NCBI GenBank assembly: GCA_050117845.1
Contig: JASFLY010000008.1
Coordinates: 18,108 to 82,107, forward strand
Origin: Candidatus Zixiibacteriota bacterium
GTDB taxonomy: Bacteria; RBG-13-66-14; B26-G2; WVWN01
Reading direction: 5' to 3'
DNA: 64,000 bases
Each line of letters starts with the position of its first letter. Positions within the stretch are counted from its first letter, which is position 1. Under the pieces are notes generated by a model, which worked only from the letters and a program-made list of their open reading frames with translations, was not told the DNA's origin and made no database searches. Both the position numbers and the translations under genes were made by a program. This document shows, one piece after another, positions 47,073 through 57,698 of the stretch.

Positions 47073-47642
47073 ATGAAGAATAGAAGAGATAGGGTCGAGA
47101 TACCTATCGGCGACGACGAGCCGGAAGGACGGCCCGCCCCGAAAGACGAAATTGAAGAACGGCTGGTCCGGGCTGAAGAGGAGGCCCGGGCGGCGAAGGA
47201 CGAGCTTCTCCGCCGAATCGCCGACCTCGACAACACGCGCAAGCGCCTCGCCCGCGAGCACGACCGGGCTTGCGCCGCCGCGGCCCAGGGGATAGTGGAG
47301 CAGCTCCTGCCGGTGCTCGACGACCTGACGCGGGCCATCGACGCCGCGGACGCCGACGAGGCCGTCCCCCAGCACCACGTCGATTCCATCCGCATGCTGG
47401 ACCGGAAGATCTACGAGGTCCTGCGCAACGAGGGCCTGGAGGTAATCCGCGCCCAACGCGGCGACCCGTTCGACCCGGAGGTCCACGAGGCCGTGGCCGC
47501 GGCCTGCGACCCCGAGTTGCCCGAAAACGCCATCGTCGCGGCCTGGGACCCGGGCTACAAGTTCAAGGGCGTCCTCTTAAAACCCGCCCGGGTGGAGGTC
47601 TGCGTGGCGCCGCGCGAAGGGGGCGAGGGGCCGGCGGCTTAG
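47073..47642 (+). CDS. grpE: Nucleotide exchange factor GrpE
   Basis: RRIADLDNTRKR, LLPVLDDL, FDPEVHEAV, GYKFKGVLLKPARV. Confidence 0.92.
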   Translation: MKNRRDRVEIPIGDDEPEGRPAPKDEIEERLVRAEEEARAAKDELLRRIADLDNTRKRLAREHDRACAAAAQGIVEQLLPVLDDLTRAIDAADADEAVPQHHVDSIRMLDRKIYEVLRNEGLEVIRAQRGDPFDPEVHEAVAAACDPELPENAIVAAWDPGYKFKGVLLKPARVEVCVAPREGGEGPAA

Positions 47643-47660
47643 GCCGCTTTGCGTACCGGT

Positions 47661-48773
47661 ATGGCGGACAACAAGGATTTCTACGCGACGCTCGGCGTGC
47701 CCGAGAAAGCTTCGGACAACGACATTAAAAAGGCTTATCGCCAGCTCGCGATGAAGTACCACCCCGACCGCAACAAGGAGGACGGCGCGGCCGACAGGTT
47801 CAAGGCCATCAACGAGGCCTACCAGACGCTGTCCGACCCCAAGAAGCGCCAGGAATACGACATGCTCCGCAAGTACGGCGGCGCGTTCACCGGGCCCGGC
47901 GGCCCGGGGGCCGGGGGTTTCGACTTCTCGCAGTACGGCCAGCCGGGCGGCGGCCAGTCCGTCGAGTTCGACCTGGGTGACCTCGGCGGCCTGGGCGGCC
48001 TCTTCGACCAGATTTTCCGAGGGGGCGGGAAAGGAGGTCGGCAGGCCGAGCCGACCACGAATAACGACATCGAGATGAACATCGACGTGCCGTTCTCGAC
48101 CGCGGTCAAGGGCGGGACGGCCAAGATAAACCTGGGCCGGGAGGAACCCTGCCTGACGTGCGCCGGCACCGGCGCCGCCCCCGGGACCCAGCCGCGAACC
48201 TGCCCTCAGTGCGAGGGCCGCGGCACCGTCGTCATGGGGATGGGGAAGTTCGGCGTAACGCGGGCCTGCCCCACCTGCGCCGGCAAGGGCACCGTCGTCG
48301 ACACCCCCTGCCCGGACTGCAAGGGAAAGGGCTCCCGCCGGGCCAGGCGGCCGCTCAAGGTCCGCATCCCGTCCGGCATCAACGACGGCGGCGTCATCCG
48401 TGTCAAAGGAGAGGGGAACGTCGGGCCGGGCGGCCTGCGCGGCGACCTCTATATCACCGTTCGCGTGAAGGAGGATAAGCACTTCCGTCGCGAGGGGCTG
48501 GACACCTACGGCGAGGTCGAGCTGAATTTGTCCGAGGCCGTGCTGGGAGCGAAGAAGGAAGTCGAAACGGTTCAGGGTAAAGTAAAAATAAAAATACCGG
48601 CGGGGATTCAGGCTGGGAAGAAGATACGCATAAAGAAAAAGGGCGTCCGCGACGAGCGGACGGGCCGCGTCGGCGACCACTACGTCCTGGTGAAAGTGGA
48701 CGTTCCCAAGAAGATGACGCGGGAGCAAAAAGAGCTCTTCGAGAAGTACGCCGCGGCCATGGGGTGGACCTAA
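47661..48773 (+). CDS. dnaJ: Chaperone DnaJ (J domain, G/F region, four CxxCxGxG repeats)
   Basis: KYHPDRN; CLTCAGTG, CPQCEGRG, CPTCAGKG, CPDCKGKG. Confidence 0.95.
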   Translation: MADNKDFYATLGVPEKASDNDIKKAYRQLAMKYHPDRNKEDGAADRFKAINEAYQTLSDPKKRQEYDMLRKYGGAFTGPGGPGAGGFDFSQYGQPGGGQSVEFDLGDLGGLGGLFDQIFRGGGKGGRQAEPTTNNDIEMNIDVPFSTAVKGGTAKINLGREEPCLTCAGTGAAPGTQPRTCPQCEGRGTVVMGMGKFGVTRACPTCAGKGTVVDTPCPDCKGKGSRRARRPLKVRIPSGINDGGVIRVKGEGNVGPGGLRGDLYITVRVKEDKHFRREGLDTYGEVELNLSEAVLGAKKEVETVQGKVKIKIPAGIQAGKKIRIKKKGVRDERTGRVGDHYVLVKVDVPKKMTREQKELFEKYAAAMGWT

Positions 48774-48774
48774 C

Positions 48775-49866
48775 GTGCCGCGTGGGAGGCCGAGTATGGG
48801 GAGAGGACCCGGGAGGGGAAGGCTGTACCTGGCCGCCGTGGCGGCGGCTGTGTTCCTGGCGGCCGGCGTCGCTGGCGCGTGGATCGTCGAGGACGTTCCG
48901 TACGAACCCGCGAAGATAGCGAACAAGGACTTCCAGCGGGGCATGACGTATTTCCCGGTCGACCGGATGTTCGACCCGGGGTCGAAACAACTTAAGAACG
49001 TCGACCGCATGCTCGCCACCGGCGCCGAGTGGGTGGCGCTTGTGCCCGTCTGGTACCAGCGGGACAAGTCCGCCACGGCCATAAGGCCGGACTCGATTAA
49101 AACTCCCTCCGATAAATGCGTGCGGACCGTCATCCGCTATCTCCACGAAAAGGGCGCCAAGGTGATGCTGAAGCCGTACGTAGACAGCCACGACGGCACC
49201 TGGCGCGCGAAGTTCGAGCCCACGAGCACCTTCGCGTGGTTCAATTCGTACCGGGGTTTTATGAACCACTACGCTGACATGGCGGCCGAGGAGGACGTGG
49301 AACTCCTCTGCGTCGGCTGCGAGTACAGTTGGTGCGACGAGGCCGAGTACGATTCCTGGGAAGTCGTCATGGATTCCGTGCGCTCGCGCTACGACGGCGA
49401 GATAACGTACGCGGCGGACTGGAAGAACTACCGGGACGTTTGCTTCTGGGAACTCGTCGACTTCGTCGGCGTCGACGCCTATTTCCCGCTCTCGGATGAG
49501 GACGACGTCGCGCTCTCGGATCTGGTGAAGACCTGGGACTACCGACTGGGCCGGATGGGCGATTGGCGCCGCGACGCCCGGTTGACCGATAAAAAGATAA
49601 TCCTCACGGAAGTTGGTTATCAATCGCGGCCGGCGTGCTGGAAGACGCCAGCCTTCACCAAGGACGAACGGCCGGACGCCAAGGCCCAGGACGTCTGCTA
49701 CCGAGCTCTCCTCATGACGGCGCCGGGCCGCGCCTGGCTGGCCGGCATTTACGTCTGGTCCTGGGACAACTGGAGCCCCAACTCCGGCGGCCTCAACGAC
49801 AACAAGTGGACGCCCAAGGGCAAGCCGGCCGAAAAAACCCTCTCCGATTTTTACAAAGGCGACTGA
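48775..49866 (+). CDS. Exported glycoside hydrolase, GH113-like TIM barrel
   Basis: Signal/TM segment; VMLKPYVD, LCVGCEY, ITYAADW, GVDAYFPL, ILTEVGY. Confidence 0.75.
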   Translation: MPRGRPSMGRGPGRGRLYLAAVAAAVFLAAGVAGAWIVEDVPYEPAKIANKDFQRGMTYFPVDRMFDPGSKQLKNVDRMLATGAEWVALVPVWYQRDKSATAIRPDSIKTPSDKCVRTVIRYLHEKGAKVMLKPYVDSHDGTWRAKFEPTSTFAWFNSYRGFMNHYADMAAEEDVELLCVGCEYSWCDEAEYDSWEVVMDSVRSRYDGEITYAADWKNYRDVCFWELVDFVGVDAYFPLSDEDDVALSDLVKTWDYRLGRMGDWRRDARLTDKKIILTEVGYQSRPACWKTPAFTKDERPDAKAQDVCYRALLMTAPGRAWLAGIYVWSWDNWSPNSGGLNDNKWTPKGKPAEKTLSDFYKGD

Positions 49867-49884
49867 CGCCGCACCGGGAACTTA

Positions 49885-51822
49885 ATGGAAGAAGCGGGCG
49901 AAGCCGGGAAAGGCCGCCGCGGGCCGGCGCTAATGCTGGCCGCCGCCGCGGCCGTTTTGTTCTTCGTCCTCTACGCCCGGACGGCCTGCCCCGGGGCTTA
50001 CTGGCAGGACTCGGGCATATACGTCCGATCCGTTTGCCTTCTGGGCAACTGCTATCCCCCCGGTTACCCCGTTTACCTCTGCGCCGCCCACCTCTTTACC
50101 GCCATCCCGGCCGTTGACGCCGTCGCGGGCCTTAACCTCTTCAGCGCCGCCGCGGGCGCCGCTGCGGCCTTCTTCGTGGTCCTTCTTTGCCGGCGGCTCT
50201 TCCCGGCGGACGGCTGGGGTGCCGTCGGCGCGGCGGTCGCCGCGCTCGCGCTGGGCGCGGCGCCGGCGGTCTGGGCGCAGGCCACCGTGGCGGAGGTCTA
50301 CACGCTAAGCTTGGCGCTGGCGGCCGCGACCGCCTATCTTCTCGTGCGTTGGGGCGGGGGGCCGGACGGCAGGCCGCTTCTCGCCGCGGCCTTCGTCTAC
50401 GGCCTGGCCTGCGGCGTTCACCCCCAGCAGGCCGCGTTCCTCCCGGCGTACGTCGCGTACGTCCTGTGGGCGGGAGGCCGGCGCGCGTTGTCGCCCCGGC
50501 TCTTGTGCGGGATGGCGGCCGCCTTCGTCCTAGCATTCTCCGCTCATTTATATCTACCCATCCGTTCGGCCGCGGGCGTGGCGGCGGATTGGGGAAAGCC
50601 GGACACGCTGCGAAACTTCTTCTACCACCTGACGGGGAGGACCTACGGCCGGGAGCTTTTCTCGGCCTCGGCGGCGCTGGTCGGCGCCCGGGGCCGCCTG
50701 GCCGCGGACCTGTTCCACGGCCAGTTCGGCTGGCTCGGCCTCGTCGCCGGGGCGGCCGGCGCCGTCTGGCTTTTCGCGCGGCGCCGGAAGGCCGCTGTCC
50801 TCGTCTTCGGCGCGGGGGCATTGGCGGCCGCGTTTATCCTGAACTACTACTCCGCCAACTGGCGCAGCTGGTACGTCGCGCTCTACATGGCCTGGGCGCT
50901 CGGGTGCGGCGCGGCGGCGGCCTGGCTCTGCGGAAGGGCGGCGGCCTGGAGAAGGCCGGCCGGCGTAGTCCTCGCGGCCGGGGCTATCGTCTTGGCCTCG
51001 CTGCCGCTCGCGTCCCGCTTCGGTCCCGCGGACCGTTCGGATTACCCCTACGCCGACGACGCGGCCGGGAACGCCCTCCGGCTCGTCGGGCCGCGAGCCA
51101 CTTTTATTACGAGTTACGAGGGCAGCGCGCTGGTTGGGCCCGTGGCGGCGCTCGTCACGGCGCGCTACGGCCGGCCCGACGTCTACTTCGTTGACGGCGC
51201 GGGGACGCGCCTCTTCCACGACTTCTTCGAACTCATGGCCGCCGCGGATCGGGACGTGGGCGCGACGGTACCGACGGACCGCTACGTCGAGGCTTTTCTG
51301 GCGCTCGTCGGCGACCGCTCGCGCGATTACTATATGCTCTACCCGTTCACGCCGCTCCGTTCGTACGGTTACGGGTACGAGAAACGCGCGCGGCTGTGGC
51401 GGCTCGTCCCGCCGGGCGGGGGCGTGGTGGGCCGGGACTGGTGGGCGTTGTACCGGCGCCGGGGCCTGGAACCGGAGCCTCCGGCGTACGTCGACTACTG
51501 GGGCGGCACCATCCTCGCGTCCCAATATATAGACGAGGCGGGCGAGCGACGCGCCGCGGGGGACGAAGGCCGGGCCGTTTTCTGCCTCGCGACGGCCGAA
51601 CATCTGGGCCGCCGGTCGGAGAGCGGCCAGTTAAAACTCGGCGTATACGCGGAATTGCGGGGCGACCTCGACGCGGCGCTCCCGCACTACCGCCGGGCCG
51701 TCGCGCTCGACCCCACGTTCCGGGGCGGCCGGGAGAACCTGGTGCGGGCGTACGAGGCGACGGGGGACGAAGGCCGGGCGGCCGAGGAGGCCGCGGCCCT
51801 CTCGGCGCTCTACCCGGAGTGA
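49885..51822 (+). CDS. DUF2723 (TMEM260-like) GT-C membrane protein with C-terminal TPR
   Basis: WQDSG...YPPGYPVY, WAQATVAEVYTL, HLYLPIRS...DWGKPDT. Confidence 0.82.
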   Translation: MEEAGEAGKGRRGPALMLAAAAAVLFFVLYARTACPGAYWQDSGIYVRSVCLLGNCYPPGYPVYLCAAHLFTAIPAVDAVAGLNLFSAAAGAAAAFFVVLLCRRLFPADGWGAVGAAVAALALGAAPAVWAQATVAEVYTLSLALAAATAYLLVRWGGGPDGRPLLAAAFVYGLACGVHPQQAAFLPAYVAYVLWAGGRRALSPRLLCGMAAAFVLAFSAHLYLPIRSAAGVAADWGKPDTLRNFFYHLTGRTYGRELFSASAALVGARGRLAADLFHGQFGWLGLVAGAAGAVWLFARRRKAAVLVFGAGALAAAFILNYYSANWRSWYVALYMAWALGCGAAAAWLCGRAAAWRRPAGVVLAAGAIVLASLPLASRFGPADRSDYPYADDAAGNALRLVGPRATFITSYEGSALVGPVAALVTARYGRPDVYFVDGAGTRLFHDFFELMAAADRDVGATVPTDRYVEAFLALVGDRSRDYYMLYPFTPLRSYGYGYEKRARLWRLVPPGGGVVGRDWWALYRRRGLEPEPPAYVDYWGGTILASQYIDEAGERRAAGDEGRAVFCLATAEHLGRRSESGQLKLGVYAELRGDLDAALPHYRRAVALDPTFRGGRENLVRAYEATGDEGRAAEEAAALSALYPE

Positions 51823-52053
51823 GAATAGGGCCGGGCCGGCCGTTTTGACTTGTAAAGGGTCGCGCGAACGGTTACAATATAAGCGCCCGGTAGGGCGTAA
51901 AATGCCCTTCCGGAGGATATAATCGGAATCGCGTCGGCGAACGATTCGCGACGCGTTAAAGACCGGCGGCGCCAAGCACTCGGCGTCGCCGTCCCGCCGG
52001 AACGTAAACGTTTCCCAAAAAGGTATAATCGTTCATACTAGGTTCTTTGTGCT

Positions 52054-53370
52054 ATGAAAATACTAACGCTTAACTGCGGCAGTTCGTCGCTCAAGTATTT
52101 GTTCTTCGACGCCGCCGAGGAGCGCGTTATTGCCCGTGGCGCCGTGGAGCGCATCGCGGTCGGGGGCGCATTCATTCTGCACCGCTCCGAGGGAGCGGCC
52201 GGGGAGAAGCCTATTCGCCGGGAGTGCGATTGCCCCTCGCACCGGGAGGCCATCGACCTCGTCCTGGAAACGCTGACGAGCGGCGGGGGCGCCGTCATCG
52301 GCGACCTCGAGGAAATCGCCGCCGTCGCGCATCGCGTCGTCCACGGCGGGGAAGAGCTGAACCGGTCCGTCCTTATCGACGACGGCGTTTTGAAAATCAT
52401 CCGCGACTGCATCGGCCTGGCTCCCCTGCACAATCCGCCGAACATCGCCGGCATCGAGGCCGCCCGGTCGCTGTTGCCGGACGTCCCCCACGTCGCCGTC
52501 TTCGATACCGCCTTCCACCACACGATGCCCGACTACGCGTACATTTACGCCCTGCCGTACGAGTGGTACTGCGACCTGGGCCTGCGGCGCTACGGCTTCC
52601 ACGGCACGTCGCACCTCTACGTCTCCCGGCGGGCCGCGGCGCTTCTGGGAAAGGAACCGGGCGAGGTCAACGTCATCACGCTCCACATCGGCAACGGCGC
52701 CAGCGCCTGCGCGGTGCGGCAGGGCGTCTCCGTCGATACGTCGATGGGCCTGACGCCGCTCGAGGGCCTCGTCATGGGTACGCGTTCGGGCGACGTCGAT
52801 CCGGCGATCCCGTTCCAGGTCACCAAGGACCTCCCCCTCGCCCCGCCGGAGGTATACAGCATCCTCAACCGCCGCAGCGGCATCCTGGGCCTGACGGGGA
52901 TGTACGCCGACCGGCGGGACGTGATGGAACACTACAAAGAGGACGCGGCCTGCACCGACGACGATTCCGAGGAACCCGGCTCGGCCTACCGCTGCAAGCT
53001 GGCTTTCGAGGTGGAGAGTTACCGCCTGAAGAAATACGTGGGGGCGTACGCCGCGGCGCTGGGCCGGGTGGACGCCATCGCCTTCACCGCCGGCGTGGGC
53101 GAGAACTCGCCGGAGGTGCGGGCGCTCGCGCTCGAGGGCCTGACGGCCATGGGCATCGAGGTGGACGCTGACCGGAACGACGAGGCCCCGCGCGGCGCGG
53201 AGGTCGAGATATCGTCCGCGGCCTCGGCCACGAAGGTCTTCGTCATTCCCACCGACGAGGAGCGCGTCTTCATCGAGGACACCGTGGCTCTGTTGAACGG
53301 CACGTACGACCTGCCGGACCGCTTCGTGTACTCCTTCCAGAAGGCGGACTACCGCGTCGGCGCGAAGTAA
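52054..53370 (+). CDS. ackA: Acetate kinase
   Basis: LNCGSSSLK, AHRVVHGG, APLHNPPN, YGFHGTSH, HIGNGAS, MGTRSGD, FTAGVGEN, PTDEE. Confidence 0.97.
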   Translation: MKILTLNCGSSSLKYLFFDAAEERVIARGAVERIAVGGAFILHRSEGAAGEKPIRRECDCPSHREAIDLVLETLTSGGGAVIGDLEEIAAVAHRVVHGGEELNRSVLIDDGVLKIIRDCIGLAPLHNPPNIAGIEAARSLLPDVPHVAVFDTAFHHTMPDYAYIYALPYEWYCDLGLRRYGFHGTSHLYVSRRAAALLGKEPGEVNVITLHIGNGASACAVRQGVSVDTSMGLTPLEGLVMGTRSGDVDPAIPFQVTKDLPLAPPEVYSILNRRSGILGLTGMYADRRDVMEHYKEDAACTDDDSEEPGSAYRCKLAFEVESYRLKKYVGAYAAALGRVDAIAFTAGVGENSPEVRALALEGLTAMGIEVDADRNDEAPRGAEVEISSAASATKVFVIPTDEERVFIEDTVALLNGTYDLPDRFVYSFQKADYRVGAK

Positions 53371-53390
53371 CTGCTATATATCGTAGATTT

Positions 53391-53417
53391 AAAAGCGGCC
53401 CCGCGGGGCCGCTTTTT
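53391..53417 (+). terminator. Intrinsic terminator after ackA
   Basis: AAAAGCGGCCCC-GC-GGGGCCGCTTTT. Confidence 0.7.
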
Positions 53418-53562
53418 ATTTTGGGGAAATCCGCCCGTCCGGCCGCTGCGGCGGGGACACGTTGGGGCTTGATTTTCCGGCGCCGGGAGGGTATTAATAA
53501 AGGGTGAGCGGCCGGCGGGCGCGGGCCGCATCGATAACGCACTCCCGCGAGGAGGATAGGTT

Positions 53563-54213
53563 ATGCTCAAGCGTTTGGCGCTTTTCGCGGCGGCCGCGGC
53601 ACTGCTGTTCCTGGTCGTCTCCTGTTCGGAAGACGAAGAGGAAAACGGCGGGGGCGGAACGCCGCCTCATAACGAGAAGGAGACCAGCGTCGTCTTCGTC
53701 GGCGCCTCCATCACCGAGGCCTGGAGTTTCAGCACCTACTTCAACGGCTACAACTTCCACAAGGTCGTTCACTACGACTGGGTGAAGAGCGACGCCTGGA
53801 ACGAGGTCCCGCCCCACAGCCCCAAGATTGTGGTGGTTAAGGAGTGCGCGGCCTATTTCGACCTGGGCGGCGATACGCCCTTCAACGAATTCTACGCCGA
53901 GATCCGCAAGATGGTGGGCCTTATTCAGGGCATCAACGCCACGCCGGTCCTCGCGACGACGGTCCCGGTGGACCCGGGCTTCGGCGGCTGCACGCAGGCC
54001 CAGCTCGACGACATCCGCGAGTTCAACGACTGGATACGGAATTATTGCACGGCCCAGGGTTTCGTTTGCCTCGACCTCGCGGCGGCCATCGAGGACGGCC
54101 AGGGCCAGCTCCCCCGCGACTGCCACGACGGCGACGGCCTGCACCCCAACGAGAAGGGCTACAACACGCTCAGCCCCATCGTCCTCCCGGCGCTCCGGGA
54201 CGCGGGGCTGTAA
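53563..54213 (+). CDS. SGNH/GDSL hydrolase-family lipoprotein
   Basis: Lipobox VVSC; VFVGASITEAW; DGLHPN. Confidence 0.8.
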   Translation: MLKRLALFAAAAALLFLVVSCSEDEEENGGGGTPPHNEKETSVVFVGASITEAWSFSTYFNGYNFHKVVHYDWVKSDAWNEVPPHSPKIVVVKECAAYFDLGGDTPFNEFYAEIRKMVGLIQGINATPVLATTVPVDPGFGGCTQAQLDDIREFNDWIRNYCTAQGFVCLDLAAAIEDGQGQLPRDCHDGDGLHPNEKGYNTLSPIVLPALRDAGL

Positions 54214-54232
54214 CCCCCCCCAATATGTAATG

Positions 54233-54261
54233 AAGAAGCCGGCCTGCGGGCCGGCTTTTTT
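54233..54261. terminator. Bidirectional terminator between convergent genes
   Basis: AAGAAGCCGGCC-TGC-GGGCCGGCTTTTT. Confidence 0.7.
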
Positions 54262-54286
54262 ACCTTTATTCGTCCTGCGAAGGCGG

Positions 54287-54982
54287 CTACTTCCAATTAA
54301 TAAAGAAATTCATCTGAGGGTAGAAGTCGTCGCGGGCGAAGACGTAACCGACATTGTCGCCTTCAGCGTCCACTATTTTAAGAGGGTAGTTGCAATCTAT
54401 ACGGCCTAAGGACGCCGGGGCCGTTACGGTGAACGTCGTGAACGCGCCGCCGAGACCCCAGAAACGTTCCTTCCCTAAGAGGTACGTGAACGTCGAACCA
54501 GTCGTCGGTTGTTCGTATTGAACCCGGACCTTCGTCTCAACCCGGGCCGCCGCGTGAACGTCGAACGCTATCTTTTTCTTTTTCCACTCGAACGTGATTT
54601 CTTCGCCGGCGCCGTCGGCCACGCTTACGTTCTCCGCCGGGCCGAGGCCGCGGCCTTCCCCGAATGGACAGGCCGCCGCGAAGGTTTTCGCTTTGTCGGC
54701 GTCATTGAGGAAGACGTACTCGGCGGATACTGCTACGCGGCCATCGTATACGGCGATGTCGACGGATTCCTCGGCGAGTCGGAACGTCGCGTCCGGGACG
54801 ACGACGCTCAAACCGTAAGCGGCGTAAGTCGCGGCGGCGGTAATGCCGAGTACGATCGCGGCTGTACCGAGGAGTAAAGCCCAACCCCAACCTTCGAGGC
54901 TGTCGCCCTGCGCGTAGGAGGGCGACGCCGCGAAGGTTAAAACTAAAACCACGATTAACGCCAATTTGCAATACTTGTCCAC
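54287..54982 (-). CDS. Exported/membrane hypothetical protein (DUF4424-like beta domain)
   Basis: Signal peptide plus TM segment; FRLAEESVDIAV...VSAEYVFLN. Start uncertain. Confidence 0.55.
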   Translation of the reverse strand: MDKYCKLALIVVLVLTFAASPSYAQGDSLEGWGWALLLGTAAIVLGITAAATYAAYGLSVVVPDATFRLAEESVDIAVYDGRVAVSAEYVFLNDADKAKTFAAACPFGEGRGLGPAENVSVADGAGEEITFEWKKKKIAFDVHAAARVETKVRVQYEQPTTGSTFTYLLGKERFWGLGGAFTTFTVTAPASLGRIDCNYPLKIVDAEGDNVGYVFARDDFYPQMNFFINWK

Positions 54983-55166
54983 TAAAGGGATTTTATTACG
55001 GAAAGGGTAAATTCGCAATAGGCCGACGCTATAAATCACGCGGTACGAGATAACCAGTATTGGTATGTGAATAGTTTCGGTTATAAAACCCGCCCTTTAT
55101 TTTTCGGGCGGCTTTTTTTATAATGGGCGGGATAGAAACCAACCGCTTTTCCGGGAGCCGGTACTT

Positions 55167-57662
55167 ATGGAAGAATACTTCTCGAATCGCGCCCAGGAGG
55201 CCGTACGCTCCGCGCAGGAGACGGCCAAGGCCCTGGGCGCCGGCCAGATTGGAACCGACCACCTCCTCGTCGGCATCGCCCGCGACCGCGGCTCCATCGC
55301 CGCCCGGGCCCTCGGCGCCGTCGGCCTCGACTTCGACCGCCTGACCGCCGCCGTCCAGCAGCTCGCGCCGTCAAGGCCGGGAGCGGAGCCGGGCGCCGTC
55401 ATCGAGTTCGCCCCCGACGCCAAGCGCGCCATCCAGCACGCCGTGGACGAGGCCCAGCGCCTCAAGGCCCAGCTCGTCGGGACCGAACACCTGCTGCTGG
55501 GCGTCCTGCACGAGACCGCCGGGGCGGGTGTCAAGGTCCTCGTCTCCTCCGGCGCGGACCCGAAGGTCGTCGCCGACAAGTGCTACGAACTCATGGGCGC
55601 GACGCCTTCCGGCGCGTTCGGCGCCGACGCCGACTCCAAGACGCCGGCGCTCGACGCCTTCGGCCGGGACCTGACCGCGCTCGCCCGCGACGGCAAGCTC
55701 GACCCCGTCATAGGCCGGGACAAGGAGATAGAGCGCTGCATCCAGATCCTCTCCCGCCGCACCAAGAACAACCCCGTCCTCATCGGCGACCCGGGCGTGG
55801 GGAAGACCGCCATCGTCGAGGGCCTGGCCCAGGCCATAGCCGGCCGCCAGGTCCCCGAGATCCTGGTGGATAAAAAAGTAATCCAGCTCGACCTCGCCGG
55901 CCTCGTGGCCGGAACGAAGTTCCGCGGCGAGTTCGAGGAACGCCTGAAGAGCGTCGTCGACGAGATAATCGCCGGCGGCGACGTCATACTCTTCATCGAC
56001 GAGATGCACACCCTCGTCGGCGCGGGGGCGGCCGAGGGCGCCATCGACGCCGCCAACATCCTCAAGCCGGCGCTGGCCCGGGGCGAGCTCCAGGCCGTGG
56101 GGGCGACCACCCTCGACGAGTACCGCAAGTACGTCGAGAAGGACGCCGCGCTCGAGCGCCGCTTCCAGCCCGTCATCGTCGACGAGCCGTCGGTAGATGA
56201 GACCATCGCCATCCTGGAGGGCCTGCGGGACCGCTACGCCGCCCACCATCACGTGACCATTTCGGACGAGGCGCTGGCCGCGGCGGCCCGCCTCTCCGCC
56301 CGCTACATCGCCGACCGCTTCCTCCCCGACAAGGCCATAGACCTCATCGACGAGGCCTCGGCCAAGGTCCACCTGGCGAATCTCACCATCCCGCCGGACC
56401 TCGCCGCCACGCAGGCCGAGGTCGACCGCCTCAACCGGGAGAAGGAGGAGGCCATCGCCCGCAACGACTTCGAGGCCGCGAACCAGGCCCACGTCAAGGC
56501 GCTGGAACTACAGGCCAAGCTGGACGGCGCCCGGGCGGAGTGGGAACGCGTCAAGGCCGAGAAGCAGGAAGAGGCGGTCGTAACGCGGGAGCACGTGGCC
56601 GAGGTCCTCTCCAGCTGGACGGGGATACCCGTGTCCGAGCTGACCGAGGAGGAACAGGCGCGGCTCCTTCGGATGGAGGATGAACTGCACCGCCGCCTCG
56701 TCGATCAGGAGGAGGCCGTACGGACGGTGTCGCAGGCGGTGCGGAGCGCCCGGGCGGGGCTAAAAGACCCCAACCAGCCGGTGGGGACCTTCATCTTCCT
56801 GGGACCCACGGGCGTGGGCAAGACCGAACTCGCGAAAGCGCTGGCCGAGTTCCTCTACGGCGACGAGGAAGCCATCATCCGCATCGACATGTCGGAGTAC
56901 CAGGAACGCCACACGGTCTCGCGGCTCGTCGGCGCGCCGCCGGGGTACGTCGGCTACGAGGAGGGCGGCCAGTTAACGGAGCGCGTGCGGCGGCGTCCCT
57001 ACTCCGTTATATTGTTGGATGAAATAGAAAAGGCTCACCCCGACGTCTTCAACATCCTGCTGCAGGTGATGGACGACGGCCGCCTGACCGACAGCCACGG
57101 CAAGACGGTGGACTTCAAGAACGCCCTGCTCATCATGACCTCCAACGTCGGCGCCGACCGGATAATGAAGCTCTCGGAGCGGGCCCAAGTGGACAAGGAA
57201 GCGGCCCTCTACGAGAAGATGAAGGAGGAGGTCTTCGAGGAGGTCAAGGCGGTATTCCGGCCCGAGTTTATAAACCGCGTCGACGACGTCATCGTCTTCC
57301 ACGCGCTGAGCCGCGAGGACCTGGTGCAGATAGTAGACCTGTTGGTGGCCAAGGTGCGGCGCCGGCTGGCCGACCAGGAGATGGACCTGGAGGTCTCGCC
57401 GGAGGCCCGGGAGCACCTGGCCGAGGAGGGTTACGACCCGGCCTTCGGCGCCAGGCCGCTGCGCCGCCTCATAACCCGCGTGCTGGCCAACCCCATCGCC
57501 AACCGCATCCTCAACCGCGACTTCGGCCCGGGCGACACCATCGAGGTAGGCTTCAAGGACGGCGAGCTAACGTTAAATAAAAGTAAAACGAAGAAGGCCA
57601 AGGTAGATACTAAGAAGGAAGCGGACGGAGAGGAAGTCATCGAGGGCGAAGTGGTGGACTGA
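55167..57662 (+). CDS. clpC: ClpC-type AAA+ chaperone
   Basis: Two Clp_N repeats, GDPGVGKT, short UVR-like middle domain, [26 protein letters not shown]. Confidence 0.9.
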   Translation: MEEYFSNRAQEAVRSAQETAKALGAGQIGTDHLLVGIARDRGSIAARALGAVGLDFDRLTAAVQQLAPSRPGAEPGAVIEFAPDAKRAIQHAVDEAQRLKAQLVGTEHLLLGVLHETAGAGVKVLVSSGADPKVVADKCYELMGATPSGAFGADADSKTPALDAFGRDLTALARDGKLDPVIGRDKEIERCIQILSRRTKNNPVLIGDPGVGKTAIVEGLAQAIAGRQVPEILVDKKVIQLDLAGLVAGTKFRGEFEERLKSVVDEIIAGGDVILFIDEMHTLVGAGAAEGAIDAANILKPALARGELQAVGATTLDEYRKYVEKDAALERRFQPVIVDEPSVDETIAILEGLRDRYAAHHHVTISDEALAAAARLSARYIADRFLPDKAIDLIDEASAKVHLANLTIPPDLAATQAEVDRLNREKEEAIARNDFEAANQAHVKALELQAKLDGARAEWERVKAEKQEEAVVTREHVAEVLSSWTGIPVSELTEEEQARLLRMEDELHRRLVDQEEAVRTVSQAVRSARAGLKDPNQPVGTFIFLGPTGVGKTELAKALAEFLYGDEEAIIRIDMSEYQERHTVSRLVGAPPGYVGYEEGGQLTERVRRRPYSVILLDEIEKAHPDVFNILLQVMDDGRLTDSHGKTVDFKNALLIMTSNVGADRIMKLSERAQVDKEAALYEKMKEEVFEEVKAVFRPEFINRVDDVIVFHALSREDLVQIVDLLVAKVRRRLADQEMDLEVSPEAREHLAEEGYDPAFGARPLRRLITRVLANPIANRILNRDFGPGDTIEVGFKDGELTLNKSKTKKAKVDTKKEADGEEVIEGEVVD

Positions 57663-57698
57663 GGTAGTCCGCCGGATAATCCGAAGGGGGTACGAACG

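Noticed and set aside
51883-51972. tRNA-Sec or 6S/SRP RNA
   Set aside because: No UCA anticodon loop, TPsiC motif or SRP helix-8 consensus, and too short for 6S.
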